From NCBI GenBank assembly GCA_012295275.1, contig CM022672.1:16492001-16556000 (forward strand): a stretch of DNA of 64,000 nt, given 5' to 3'. Below the pieces are notes generated by a model. It did no database searches. It saw only the letters and a program-made list of their open reading frames with translations, and was not told the origin of the DNA. This DNA is from Chrysomallon squamiferum. Taxonomy: Eukaryota; Animalia; Mollusca. Of the stretch, positions 24,328-40,300 are shown in pieces. Every line of letters starts with the position of its first letter. The first letter of the stretch is position 1. The position numbers and the translations under genes were made by a program.

Positions 24328-27300
24328 TTAACCTTGAATAATAAAAAGTAATAATAATAATAATAATAAAATAAATAAATATCTAATAAACATTAGAAAA
24401 AAAATATTACATAAACAAATATCTCAAGTATCTTTTTTTTGTTTTAAAAAAGGAAATGCACAAAAAGTTTGTACTGTGTTTAAAAATAAATACCTTTATT
24501 ACTTTTTTTAAGTTACAGAAATAAAGTCTCAAAACAAACTAAATATTCAGTAGTTAAATGATCACCAAGGTTTTTATGTAAAAAGATAACAGAACACCAC
24601 ACTGGAGAAATTATTTTATTTCATCACAAAACAAAGCATATAACAAAAACTGCATCAATTTTATTATGAAAAACTGTTAACAATTCAAACACTCAAATTC
24701 CAGGGATTTAAAAAAACAACAACAAAAAAACCCAGAAAAAACAATGTAAAGAAACATCTTAACACTAACTATTTTATAAAAGAACAAAAAAACAACAAAA
24801 AAAAAAAAAGTCAGCTAGACAAAGAAAAATAAATATTCAAATGTAGGCTATTATTACCATCACAGTTAAAATGTTCATGCTTAAAAGACAACTGTATCAT
24901 TTCGAAACAGAAATAGAAATGAAATAACAAAAACAGAGAATACAGAGTATAGAAATGCTGACATCAGTGAGTTTGTCAGTTTACACCATTAGAAACATTG
25001 ACAACTTTAAAAAGTTAGGCTTCAAGGAAGAAACTGATCATCAGAATCAATATGATGACTTAGAATCCAACTGATTTATGAATGAAACCAGACTGAATAT
25101 AAATCATATTTATCATCTGATGCAGCATTCTGCAATCAGTAGTAAAATGTGCTTATTTCTAATAACTAACTCAATTTATATTAAGAAATGGAGGATATTT
25201 AATATATTTAGCATAATTTGAAAAGAATTATGCTCTTTACCAAAACTCATCCATCCATTTTTCTTTTTTTCTTCTTTCATTTGTATTTTAAAAACTATTT
25301 ACACTTGTTTTACAAGACTGTGGTGATAATTTATTTGTAAATGCAGAAGAAAAAAAACAACAATGTCCTCCAATATCTGCAATAAAATCATTATTCTATG
25401 GAGGTGAAAAAGTAATTTTATGAGAATATTTGAGACAAATTATTATTATTATTATTATTATAGGAAATGTAAAATTCAAGACATTTTGAAGGAAAACATT
25501 TATTAATACCAGAATTACATGGTTAATATAATTGCAATCATATATAGTTATTTCATAGAGAGAACTATTAAGAAGACAGTGATATATTTAAAGAAACATC
25601 TGATGAAAAATAAAGATAAAGTTAAAAAATCCCTTTCAAATTTTAAGGGATTTTAGATACAATTTCCACTGAACGAGTGCAAGTTCAAATTAGAATCTAT
25701 TTTAAAACAAGTATAAAATTAAAAATACATTTATGATGCAAAATTTGTAACTCTTTAGGTACTGGACTACGTATTTTATTACTAAATGTATTTAGAAAAT
25801 AAAAACGTACTTCTCTTTCATAATTTTATTCATAAAAACTTGAAAATGCACAGACTTCAAGCATTTAACACCTAGACATACCTTTTCAGAGTGATCCCAC
25901 ACTGAGATCTGATTTAGGAGCTCATCTAATTATAACCCAATTTTTGTAAGAGTATTTTGTAAAGAGATGTTACAAGATATACTTCAAATCATGAACATGG
26001 TGAAGTATGTTGAGGGGAGGGGTCAAATTACTGGCAAGATAATATAGGTTCATTTCCCTCCACTTACTTCGTGAGAACATGTATTGCCATCAAAGATCAT
26101 TTTTAGAAAAATGAGTGATTCTCTTTTAAAGCACTCTGCAGTTTTTCTGTTGATGCCATCAGAATAATCTGCAAGTTTGTTAGAAAGGGCAGAAATTACT
26201 CTTTTCAAAAGGTATATATGAAAGTGATTTTGTCATGAAAAAATACAAAATGTAATTCTTCAACCAGAACAGAAGAAAATAAAGCAGTGTACTAGAAAGA
26301 GGAAATGCTCCTTTGAACAACAGTATCAGTGCCAAGATGAGGAAGTAGAGCAATTTTCAGCAAATATAATATGGACTGCGGGCAGCAGTGAAGTGTGGTC
26401 GCAAGTAACTAACAGATATATGTATCAAAATTATTAATACACTTAACATTTAATATTGTCTTTTGTTCAAAATCTTTAAGTAACACCTTATTAATGAACT
26501 ATAAATTCTATGAATTACGCTACGAGTTTTATGGACAATATAAAATGCTCGTATATTTAGATGTCTCTGAAAACAATGCATTGTCTTCTGTATAAAAATG
26601 TATTAACAGAGGAATGGGGAAAACTTACTAAGTTTTCTGAAAAACTTAACACACAAATGATTAGAATAAACTAAACATTTAAAAAAATAATAATAATAAA
26701 TGAAACATAAAATTAAAAATAAATATATAAAAGGGACAGATTATATATAATGAAGTGGTATGTGAAAATGATTACATTTCACCATACGATGATTTAAGAA
26801 ATACTCTATTACATATGTGTCAGAATATTTAAAGTTTTTATAATGAAAATATAGAATGTCATCTGTCGAACATACATTATAGGCATCAAAAAAAATTTCC
26901 TTTTTGTTCAGCTGCTGAAACAGAAATTTATGGATCAACAATGCCATTGAATTAATTTATAATTTAGGCCCGATTCACTTGTGTTAATTCATACATTTGT
27001 AAACTTAAGAAATACACAACTTTAAGTCCAGGTCAAACATATATTATCTGTCTGTTAGCTGACAGTGATTTTGTTTTAATCAACATGGATTTTTATAATT
27101 TAACTGCCATTATACTTTTCACTTCTGGCTACAGATTATCAGTGACAAGTTAACATGTATATCAGTCTTATTTTTGGAAAGATTGTTCATCTTATCCACT
27201 TCCAGTATTATTCAATGGACTTTTCTACAAATGGTGATGAAAAGACTGTACAAGATATTTTAAGAGAGAGTTAAAGGTAGAAATGAAAAAAAAAAAAAGA

Positions 27301-28811
27301 AGATAAACTCCCCGTGTCGTGAAGTAACATTTGTTAAGAAAGTACTGACTGCTTATGATCACTACCATAGACTTATCTGTAATCTACTTACAAGTTGAAA
27401 TATATTCAACACCCAACATATATACACAAAATGCTCTGGTATGTAAGATATTTCAACAAACACAGAAGCTATTTACATTTTGATGTTTGTAAATTTGTTA
27501 TAAATATATATATATATATATATAGAGGCAGATATGTTTACACAGAGAAGTTATGGTCACTCCTAAATTGTACAGTTCATATCTAAATTTTGCAAACATC
27601 AGTTGGAATTTTGTACACATTTGCAATAAGCAGCTGGGGTTTTGTCACGGATCTGAACAAGTCAGTATAAGTAACATGTTTAAGGAAGTAAAATTAAACT
27701 GACTTTGAACTATTCTATCAATAACCTAATCGATATTTATTCTAGAGTTATGACATTCTTGGGGAGAAAGTCTGAACAAAATAATCAGATGAAGCTTATA
27801 TGCAGCTCTAAATAATTCAGTTATATAGAATGTGCTTAGAAAATACAAAATATACTATTTTTATCACAAAGTAGAAGTATACCATTGTAAATAAAAAATA
27901 TGAAGTGAAAAAAAAACATACCCAAAAACCAAGATATTTGTGTGGTAGGCTTTTCACTTCCATTTATGATGGATTTTTTAATCATATAACTGTCAGATTC
28001 TACCAAAGATACAACTGGAAAAAAAATGTAACCCCAAAAAATTAAAAATGATACTGACCAAGGAAGAAGTATCCAATAAACCACAACTTAAGGTATTTGT
28101 ATTCATGTATCACATGGAACAATAATAATCACGTATCTGCTAACTGATAAATATAAATGACAAAGTACAACTCTTTGTTTTCAAGTTCAATTAAAAACAA
28201 GTTAAAACATTTGATATTCTGAATTCAGTGTATTTGTACGTACATTCTGTAAGATAGAGAATACTTCAAATACTTGCTGTTGCCTGAGCAAAGTCAACCA
28301 ATTAAAATATGGCTGCTAAATTCTGATGATTTAAATTAAACATTGTTAAGCATTATGAACTTTCACAGAAGTAACCATTTTGAACAAACAGCAAAAATGA
28401 ACCTTTAGCTACTCACTAATCTAGCTTCTAGGAAACAAAAAATGTGGTTAAAATGATAAAAGTAAATGTCTGAGAGTAAGTTAGAACAGGACAAATGTTT
28501 TCATCAACAGTGTAATACAAGTAGACATTTGCTGTAAAGTTTACCTTGGTTATTATGAATATAAAGTTTCAATGCATTATCCGAATTTCACAATTATTTA
28601 TTTGTTGACTGTTTCTAACAAATCTTTGCCAATAACAAATCACGATAAAAAGGAAATTAAAAGGTATCTGTATTTTTTGTAGTTGTTATGTCACTGCATA
28701 TAAAACAGAGCGGTAACATGCAAAATTATTTTGCACTTGTTTTGCTTTACATTTTCAAGATTATTTGTATAAGCTTCAATTATGTTATTTTTTTGAATCA
28801 GTGCTAAACAA

Positions 28812-29415
28812 CAGGGTTAAAGACTATAAATAATTTGCTAAAGAATAATTAACAAGTATACTGTATACATTAATGCATTCAGTGTAATAAAATCAAACAA
28901 TTGATCTGGACTGTCAAAATTTCCACAACTTTCTCAAAGCCCATAAATTCAAATTTCCAAAACTATTTCCAAGCACACTCAATCACAACAAAGTGTTTTT
29001 TGCAGTTTTTAGACATGTTTGTCAGAATTAAAACTTTCACACTGACGAAACTGCATAACATATATGCAGGATTACTAGTACTAAAAAAATTAATTAAATT
29101 TATTTTGGTGTTTTAAAAAGCAGTTTTATTCTTGGAGTGGTATGATATGTCTGGCAGATAGCCCAAGTTAATCTTTCATGATCAGGCTAAAACAGAACCA
29201 CTACTAAAACATTATATTGGCTAAAATGGGGTGTTGGGTCAGAGCTAAATATTGGCAAAACAAACCAGTTTTTCATATGTTTTATTTATGGCAAGGACAT
29301 AATTTTCCATAACTTTTCCAAAGACAAGATAACAAAACTTGATTTTCCAAAACTTTTAAAGTTCTGGAAAATACTGACGAATTTCCAAAACTTTCCAAAA
29401 CATGCATGAACCCTG
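28812..29415. mobile_element. Possible degraded non-autonomous DNA transposon
   Basis: Ends CAGGGTT (28812) and AACCCTG (29409-29415), with many internal tttccaaaact-like subrepeats at 28915-28975 and 29300-29400. No target-site duplication seen. Confidence 0.3.
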
Positions 29416-31042
29416 ATTAATGAAAGAAAACAACCACTTTCAAAATACTAAGCTCTGAGCAAAAACATTTAATTTTTCCTTCTGACACAGATATAATTCA
29501 TTTTATTTACATATTTAAGTTTACATCTAAAATTATTTAACTGTTGTGATTTTCTTCTTCATGCAGAAACACAACTGTGTAATTTTGTAATGTATAATGA
29601 TGTAACAGCACAACAAACTGTCATCACCTAATACATATTAGATCCTTCTGCCTGACTATCCATCTCCCACAATCTTTGCATTTTTGATAAATTAATGAAA
29701 AAAACCTATCATAAATTTGAAAATGACAAACAAAAAATTAAACAAAATAAAATGAAATAAAACAGCTTGGCACAGAGATTGAAAGCCAACATTAAGAGTA
29801 ATAATTGTAATTTCATAGGAGTGTTGTAATATGCTGATAAAAAAATAACTTCATAGATGTAAATTATGGAATAATTTCCTTTTCTTACTTTATTTGGCAG
29901 AAAACTTACACGATTCTTGGCAGAAAGGTGTTATTTTTAAAAATGGAGAAATATATTTTATTTAATTCCACATTAAGATCATTATAAATAAATTATAAAT
30001 AACTTTTAATGTCTTTGATACAACTGTCATGAAACATTAGCTAATTGCCTTCTGTTACTTGTTAAACAAGATACTTTATAAACAGTAGATGAATATTTGA
30101 AAATAACTTCAGAAAGATATTCTGTATGTTTCTGTTACTATTTTACATCGTAAATATTATTCTACAAATGAATTTGAAAACAAAAAAAGGAAAATTATTA
30201 GAAATAAACCCAAGATACAAATTCTTAATTTTGTTTTTACTGTTAAACTGAATTAGAAAAAAATAATAATAATAAAATAAAATAAAATAATAAATTATAA
30301 AAAATAAAATTAAAATAAAGAACTGGGTTTAGGTAATTCATTACATCATGCATTTATCAGTAGTATCTATATAAACTGTCATTAATCTTCAGCAAAAACA
30401 AAGCTGGTAGTCTGACAGTCAATTAATCCATTAGTTCTTTTGTCATTGGTATATTTCATATTATGAATATAATACAATGAAAGTAAGTGAAGCAACAGAA
30501 AGACTGAACGAATTAGAATTACTGATAGAGATATTAATTTATGAAACTGATACACTTTCACATTATCACAGTTTGCAAGCAGATAATAAAGAAAATGAAT
30601 TCCATAGCTCCCAATAAATTTCAGGGATGGATTATTTCCAATTAGGTATAATATTCTTGTAATAATCATGTGAATAATCAAAAATGTATTAAATTATCAC
30701 AATTATTGGTAAAGAAGACTTTTAAATGATAAACAGATATGTTCTGTCATGAGGAGATGGTCAAGTCTATTTAGCTTTATTATCAACCACATTTAAAACC
30801 AAATTATTATCTTTATATACATTTTTACATTAAACTTTTTTTAATTTATTATATGTTGATGTAAGTAAAAGTCCTAGCAGCATGTGTATTTATTTACTAT
30901 CAACAGTTGGAAACATTTCCTACTGAGTTCCAAATAAGACTATAATAAAATCATGGTAAAAAAAAACAATAGTGAAAGTAACAATGATGCAATCCACAAA
31001 TTTAATAACAACAGTATTAAGATTATAATGAAAAACAAAACA

Positions 31043-31078
<36 letters not shown>

Positions 31079-31336
31079 CTCATGAAGTTAATAATAATGC
31101 AAGAGCAAACTGTTGTTAAGAACATTTATGAACAATTCTTCATTTATATAATATATTCAAATATAAAACATTTACAAGATTTAAAACCAGCAATAAAAAC
31201 AAAATAAACTTCAATCAGAACTTACACATTTCACTGGCACTTTTTTGGCTAACTGTTTATAAATATTTCATTTAAGCAAATCATAATTGTATTTCTACTG
31301 TGCACCTGAGTGATGTAACATAATACATTGAAGTTG

Positions 31337-34300
31337 TTACAGTTCTGCTAATTTTCCTTGTAGAAATTCAAGTTGTTTTTTAATAGTTTCGTCATCTGAA
31401 AAGTAATTTATAAAATATTTAAATATAGATTAAAAAAAAAAGATAATCAGAAGAAAGGTAAAATGTACAAGAAATAACCATCTTAAAAATAGATATGGAT
31501 ATATACTTTCCAATATATTCATTCAAGGAACAAATATTTGAACATTAAACAAAATTTTCCAAGTCACAGTTGAATACTGCATTATCCAAACTTTTAAGAA
31601 CATTTATTAAATAATTCCTAAGATATCATTATACAAATATTTATTTACATCTTATTAAAACAGCACTGTTTAAAAAAAAATAAGAGTAGAAGACAAATTA
31701 TGTAGTGTCTGAAATTACTTAACATTGGTAGATTAAGCAACATACCTAGTGCCAAGCCAGCCTTCACCATTTCTTTGGCAATATCTGTTCCTGTTTGTGG
31801 GTCTGTTAGCTGAACAGTGTAAAGCCTATCTTTTTCTTTTATCACAACTGCATTTAGCAGTGTTTCTTTTCTGCGGGAGAGCAATTCTGTTGCTTTCGCA
31901 TCCCAGGTGTGACCCAAAGGACTGACATCTGGATAATAAAAAAATTAAAAAGTCAAAAGTTAATTTTTTTTTTTTTTTATTGTTTGAAATCTTTTTCAAT
32001 CCCTATTTTGTTACTGTTACACAAATTACATGCACCCTCTAACCTGTGATGTTTTTTTGTTGTTTAGTTATTTCCCTCACTCATTCACTCATTTTACCTC
32101 TCTCCATTGTTCACAAACTCACCATACAGACGACAGTGCAGTGTCATGACTTTGGGTTGAACATGTTCTTTCAAAATGACTCTTGTATCAGACAGGTCCA
32201 CTTCACTGGTATTGCCGTAATCAATGTACAGCAGAACAACTTTATTATCTGGGAGTACTTTCTTTACTTCTCCACGAAACCATTCTGTTGAAAGACACGA
32301 GCAGTTAAATAAATCCCATTTATTATTGCAAAAGCTCAATTTTACAACGTCAAATCAAAAGTTGTACAGTGTCATTTTGAATGCTATCATTCAACATCAT
32401 TACAATGGAACTAAGTTCAACATACAGCCTAAAATTGGAATTGTTTAATGTCAAGAAAATACAAGAAAATTACTGATGATCAAGTTAAAAAAAACCAGGA
32501 AGGTATAAACAACTGGTACCAGGTATTCACAAATAGTGAAAAAGCAGCTTCCTGGCATACTTTTTATTAGTTGTTTAATAGCCACTTTGTTTATTACAAA
32601 ATAAAACAATGATTTCAAAATTTTAAATTTACACTTTACTTACCCCCTTCATATAACCCACAGCAAAGATCTCCTTTCTTGAGGTTAGTACACGTGGGTG
32701 TGGTTTCTTTGCTACAGTATACTGCTAAAGTTTTGTTCAGTTCAGTTTGCTCTTTCACTGCTGTAAAATTAATAAAACACAATCTGTCATTTGCAGGATA
32801 CACAGTATCAACAAAGATCTGAAGAGAATGTGGGTTTGTTTTTTCACACTGTTAAATACAATATTAATAAAACTCATTCAGATATCTTATAAGTTTAAGA
32901 CTTTATGTAACAGTAGAAATTAATTTTATTTGAATAAATGTTTTTTTTTTTAAAAGAGGTTTATTTGCAATTGTAATTGAAGGACATGTAATATTTTGTG
33001 TTTCAAACTGTCAAAAAGTAGATTTGTAGTAGAATAAATCATGTGATCAATTATCTTTAGCATATTTTTTCACAAAAGTACATATACTTTTCAAACTGTG
33101 GGAAAGTGCATATTAAAGATTGCTTGCCACTAATTCAATATCAGAGTAAGTACTTAAGTATTATTGCAAATATTAATTATTTCTTCTGAAACTGCTGTGT
33201 CTGAAGGAACAACTAACCAAATGTCTCATTCTGACAGTAAAATTAGCACTTGAATAGGAAGATTAATGAAAGAAATCAAACCTGTGATATCCAATTCTGT
33301 GCAGTAGAAATCAGATGGATTTACAACCTCCTGAATGGCAATCTGGAATTCCTTTTCCTTTGGTTGATGATATTTCAGACACACACTTGTAATTAATGAC
33401 TGATCATCTTTATCCATACATAACAAATCCTTAACATTATTACCATCAGGCAAATATATTTCCACTGCATACTGTAGTTTATTGTTTGATGGGATGACTT
33501 TTACTTTCACTTTTGTGTCAGCAACAAGCTGAACAAATTTTTCTTTAATGTCTTCAGAAGCTAACATTTCGTTAGGAATACCTGCCAACTCACAAGGTAT
33601 GGCTTGTATAGCTAACTTGGAAAACACTTCTTTCAGCTTTCTTATCGATGAAAATATAACCTGTTCATTATTTCCAAAGTCAATGAAGTTGACTCTACAC
33701 CAGTGAGCCGTAACCTCAAATACAAGTCCCCTGTTCCATGTGTTATCCTGGCTGAACTGGGCTGCTACCACTTCACCAATAACAGGTTTGTGGCTCTCCA
33801 AAACATTTTCATAATATTTGTTAAGACTGACTGTTAGATCATTCAGTGCATTCCTGCATTCAGTGCTGTCTTTCCGAACAAAAAAGTTCTTCAGGTCTTC
33901 TACATGTATAATTTCACAATCAACTAAATTCCCTTCAATTGGAAGTTCTTCAGAACATAAAAATGTGGCCATAACAGGCAGAGGCAACACTGCCTTGATT
34001 TCACTGGACAAGATGTGATCATCTCTATACAAATCAATGCCTATAGAGTCTTCTTTAAGACTTTTCACTTCTGCTTCAGCTATAGGCATTTCTGAAGACA
34101 ACAACACAGTACAGAGAGCTTTTTGGCAAAGAGCTATTCCTTGTGGTGACAATTCCTCATTCTCAATGCCCTCAATGAAGCAGTTCAGAATAAATGCAGG
34201 CTGTTTTGACCATTCCAAGGGTAGAGGCAGGATGCTGGATATATCAAGAGTTTCTCTGTTTCCAAAATCAACATACAGAATCTGAATATTTTTATCTGAA

Positions 34301-37300
34301 ACTGCCTCTATCTTAGCTCTGTACCACTGCTGGTCTTCAGAAAACTGAGCCAATACAAATTCCCCAACAGAAGGGCTGAAATATAAATACCAATAAATTT
34401 TAAATGAGAAAAATTAAAATAAAATCAAACTGTGCTTTAATAAAATATGACATTGTCATATAGGAAAAAAATCAACTTATCAGTAAATTCAGTCATTGTT
34501 AGATAATTACATACTGGATCATCCCAAAATATTTACCTAAAACCTTTTACAGGCTTTTTGTGAACAATCTGATTGAGTTTTGCCTGTAATTCATTCCTTT
34601 CATCCAGTATCGTCTGGTCAACTATCTCCAAAATGATCTGGTTAGGTGGAGTATAATCTGATATAAGCACCTGTAACCTCTTACCAACATGCAGCTGAGC
34701 TGCCATGGACGGAATACTTGGACTAGAAAAATATAAAGTATCATAAATTATCTGTTATCACTTTATTAAAATGTCTTGTGTGTTTATTCTGATCAAATTC
34801 ATTATTTTACATTAAATTCTTTAACTGTACAAACTTCTTAATATGATAAATAAACTCACTTAATCATTGGAATCTCATTTAGTCCAATAATGCTGGAACA
34901 CTGATAACATTAGAAATGTCATTTCAAACATTTTCATTATTTATTGCATTATAAATCAAACAATAAAAATATTATTGCAACAAACAAAAAAATCTTACAG
35001 TAAAATGAAATCAATGGTCTTAGTTATATAAGTTACAAAAAAAGGGTAAGATTGCATTTAAATTTCTTTACAAACCTTTTTGTAGAAGTGTCTGAAGTAG
35101 TAAAATCATCTTCTGAAAAACAAAGAATATTAAAAAAAAGATATATTAAATATATTAGAGAGAACAATTATTTAGATCTCGGATGTTACAAGTATCATGC
35201 AAAAAAATATTTCAATTTATATACCAAATTTAAAGAAGAAAACTTTCTATACTATCTAATATTTCAAAGAATTAAACCTACCTGCTGTTTTCAAAAGAGC
35301 AACACCTTTATTTATGAGCATTTGGCCAACATGAATGTTAGGTTTATCCTTTTGCATCAAATCCACTATGCAGTGTCCATTCACTATATCAGTCACTTTC
35401 AACAACATAAGTTTGCCCATAAACTGTTTTAACATAGTGCTAGCCTCTTCACTCCAATCACTTTCCTTGGGCTGCAAATCTGAAAGAAAGAGCAAAGACT
35501 AATTTGTGTGTGTACAATTTCAAGATATCTGTTATTCAATGAGTACCATTAGCTGTGTTCATAATGAAAACCAGTTAACAGTTCCTGAATTCAAGGACCC
35601 TGAATATAAATCGGATGAAAAACTCAAAAAGTATAACTTTCTAGGTGCAACCTGAAAAAAATAAATACTATATTCTTTATCACATGTAAAAAATAAATTA
35701 ATATAATAAATAAATAAATAATAATAATAATAATAATAATATTAATAATTTTAATAATATTAATAATTTTATTACAACATTTTCAGAAGAATGTTCAGAT
35801 CTTTGGTAAACTTGTAACAAACATTAAAATAAATTATAACAAATAAATTTTACAATAAGTTACAAAATGAAGCAAGTTTACCATTCAAAGCACACTTGAC
35901 AGCAAGAAACGGAATTTCTGCAAACTTTTTCACCATTGGCCTCATGTCTTTCAAAGAGACTGATTCCACATTGCCATAATCCACATACTGTAGTTCAAAT
36001 TGTCCATTGGGAAGTTTCTTCTCAACTCGAGCTCGGTAAAATGATCCCACTGATTATGAAAACAATATGTAATGAAATATGTTATTTATTTTATTTAATT
36101 CTGACATAAAAGAAAACCATTTTACTTCAATATATACCATTACATTGTCTCACCACCTTTCCTTTTTTTAAATTAATACTTTGAAATAATGAAGTGAAAC
36201 AAAATAAGAATTATTAGGTGAAACATTACCACTTGTAACTCTTTGTTATCAAGATATTGCTTAGATATAACACTAGTTTTCTTTCCATAGAACATTTATC
36301 ATATCTGTCAGGTATAAATTACTTACAAAATTCTCCAAAGCAAAAATCTCCCACATTAGGATTAAATTCTTTGGGCACAGGTTCTGTTTTACAATAATGT
36401 GACATTGATTCATTTATGTTAGCAAGTTCCTCAACTGGAAAAAAAAAAATATATATATATATATTTAAACAGAATGAGACAGATATATAGGGTCATCAAT
36501 CTGCTATAGCTATAGTCAAGTTAAAATTAATTTTATAAGATTAACTTTTCTAATTAACTGACTTGTACTAAATTAAAATTATTATTTTAAATTAAAAAAA
36601 AAATTCAAGTGGTTGACCATTTTTAAATTATGAATGGAAATATTAAATCAACACTGCAATCCTCAACACTTCCACTATTCAATTATTTTAATAAACTGGT
36701 GGTATCAGTGAAAACATGCAGTTACAATAAAGTAATATATTCTTACATTCCTTTCTCAACAGCTGACAATAGAAATTGCCTGGATTTAACACAAAAGAAA
36801 TGGCTGCTGCCTGGAATTCATGTAATATAGGTTTTATTGGGTTTATAATTACTGAGGCTTCTTGATCTTTCAGTGGACTAACAGCACCAGATGATTTTCT
36901 AAACATTTCATTTAGACAGTTACCATCCACCAAGAAAATTTCCACTTCATAAAGAGAATTGTTGTATGATATTGCCTTGAACTCGTTGACACAGCTAACA
37001 ACAGATTTTGCAAAGATTTTAACATCAGCATCTGCTGTCTTTGTAGCTCCAGCCAATTTACATGTCACTGCTTGAACAGGAATGTTCACGAACCTTTTGT
37101 CAATGATCTTGATCAAAGACTTGTGCACTCTGTCTTCATTACCAAAATCTATGAACAGAAGCAAACAGTGGTCATCTTCTATTTTTTTTACTTTACAGCG
37201 ATACCAAGCATTGTCAGAAAATCTGGCACATACAAGCTCACCAACACATGGATTAGGGTGGTTGTCTGCAGTTTCAACATAATCTTGTATGTCATCCATT

Positions 37301-40300
37301 AACATTTTTAAACTCTGGATTGCATCCTCAGATACCAGTTGAATGCTGAAGTTGTTAAAGGAAACCATATCCACTACAGTAGCAGATACCAAGGAACCAT
37401 CAAGAGGTAGGCTTACAGACTTCAGTGAGTCTGCCATTATGGGCAAAGTGGTCTGAATTTGTGGCTTAAAGGATGAGAACATGTCAGACAGAGACTGTGA
37501 TGTTTTGTTGAAGATTTCTAAGCCAAGACGTCCTGATAATTTCTCTTTCACAATACAGTTTCGATCAGCCTTCTCAGTGCCAAAACCAATCTGGTCTTTG
37601 AAGTTTGCAATATCTTTTTCTGACCATTGTTCAGGTGCATGTTGGACAGATAGAAAGCATTTAATAGCCTGAGCTGGCAGTCTGGAAAATTTAGGTTTAA
37701 GTGAGGTGATCCGAGAAAATTTCAGTTTCTCTGCATTTCCATAGTCAATGTATCTGACCATGGCATCTGAATCAGTGACTTGTGTAACTTCTGCTCTGGT
37801 CCAACAATTATCAGCAGTGTAACAGCCTAAAACTATTTCTCCAACCTCCGGTCTAATAAAATAACAAAAACAAAAAATTAATAAATAAAATACAAAGTTA
37901 ATGTTGAACCTTTAACTTTAAATCATAATAAAGTAATAATAAAAATACTTAATAACAATTTATTAGTAAGCCATAGTGTATTATATGTCAACTAAAAATA
38001 ATATGGCACATCACTTGAGATATTTTCTAAAAAATAAACAAAGACATTCAAACAATTTAAGAAAACAAAAAATACTTCAAAATACTTGAGTGTTATTCAA
38101 TTTGGTTGAAATATAACCCTGTTTAAATTCTAATGAAATGTTGTTATCATCCTGATTTCATTTACAATGTCATTAAGCACTGATATATCATTATAATATT
38201 TTAAGGTGGTTAATTCATCTTGACTGAGACATGAATTGAAATATTGTTACCAAAGATAACTTGTTTTGGTTAAAACTTTATTCAGCCCACCTGTAAGGAA
38301 TTTTAGGTGGAGATACAGTAACATTTTCTAGAATTTCTTTCAACAAGTGTTGGAACTGCTCCACTCGCTGTTCTTCTAGGATCTGAGCAGTGATGTCTGA
38401 AGGTGACTTACAATCAATAAAGTATAGATTCAGTTTTTGTTCAAGCTGGAGTTCATCAACAAGGGACTTTATGTCTTCTGCCATTACCTTCTTACTGCAA
38501 GTTTAATAAACACACTGTTACAGAATATTTTATTTAACTAGACTTTTTGTTTTTGTTTATTTTTTTGTAATATCAAGTTAGTCCAGATATTGCACTTACA
38601 TAATCTTAAATCACTGATATTGCCAACTAGAAATTGGTCATAAACTTGCAGCAATTTTTAAAAAAGATACTTACTGAGTGGCAACAGGTAAAGCAATCTT
38701 GGAACTGATGAATCTCTGGATAATGTTAATTCCTGTAATTATAAATTTAAAAAAAAAGAAAAAAAAAGTATGTTATACTTAACTGAATGAAGATATTTTT
38801 GTGTTCGATTGTTATACATAAAACAATGATTTAATAAACATAAAAAAACATACTGGACTGATGCTGTTAGCTATACTTTTTTAATGAATTTCTCACAGAT
38901 GAGATAACACATACAATGGTCTTTGATAACCAATTATAGGACATAGGTTGGAAAATGAACTATCTCAGATGGCACTCAGCTCTTATGAAACACTGTCAAA
39001 TAAGCACTGTATGACTAAGCCACAATACACTCCAGTTAAACAAATATTAAAAATATTTTATTTCAGACAAAGTATTTGTTTTCATTAGCAAAATATTTCA
39101 GGTAATGTATAACTGAATGTAACACACACCACTGTTTAGTTCAAACATGTTGATCAGATAAAGATCCCCATGTTTTTCAATGGCTTCAACTTCATAATCT
39201 GTATCAGTCCTAACTAGAGACAATGTGACCTTCTTGGCTTGTTCACTCCAGTCCTTACCAACAGCTGGCACAATGCCAGCAATACAACATCGAACTGCCT
39301 ATTAATACAAATTTAGACAAAAAAGAAAAGAAATTGTAAGTACTATCACAATAAAATATATGTAAAAGAGATACTTAAAATTTTTACAACCAAAATTAGT
39401 TAACTAAACTTTCATTCATTTATTTATTTTTATATATTCTTAAATTACATTTTGATGAATTTTTAAAAACATTAGTACAAACATCCATTTCTAAATATTT
39501 TACAAGTAGTAATATTAATGAATTTAATCTGTAAACAGATACTTTGTTCCTGACAGCTACTAAAAACAATAAGCCCCAAAACAAGAAAAATGCTCTTAGG
39601 TAAATGTAGAATCTTCAGTTTATAAATTATTTACCTGTGCTGCTGGACAAAGCATGTCTTCAGGAAGTGGCCGTAAAGTGTTCACCAAAACTGTATTGGT
39701 GTTTCCAAAATCTAAATATCTAATAGTAACTTTATCTGGAGGCACAACAGACAAAACCAGTGATCTGTACCATTTTCCACCAGCGACTTTGGACATATAT
39801 AAATGACCTATCTGTGGTTTATTTTCAATGAACTCTGTAGTTTCATAGTTCTACAAAATATGACATTAAATATATTAAATAATGCTTCCACTTAGACATA
39901 AAAAGAAAACATAACAATATTTATTCATAACTCAAAACTTCACCAATTCAATCTTTTATAATATCTACAATATTTATTAACATTTTATTTTACTCAGTTG
40001 ATCTGAAATACTCCAGCTTGATAATGTTCTATTTAGACAAATATAAACACAATAATAATATGTTTTTAAATATAAGACAAAAACTTTGAGATGATCTGTT
40101 TTGTGCATTATGCCAAACAACCCAATACAGTTGTCTGGAAAGTGGACACAAATTTTTTCTTGCACCTCCATATATCACAGTTACAAATGTATGTAAAGAT
40201 GAAAATTATTAGCAGGTGCATAAAGCTGTGTGTTGAATGGATAATTTTCAAATGTAATTACTCTGTTTTTGTTGTTATATTGTTGCAGAATATTCTGGCT

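Noticed and set aside
31046-31076. Long A-run as a retroposon tail
   Set aside because: No upstream SINE/LINE body or target-site duplication is visible, and homopolymer runs are common throughout the window.
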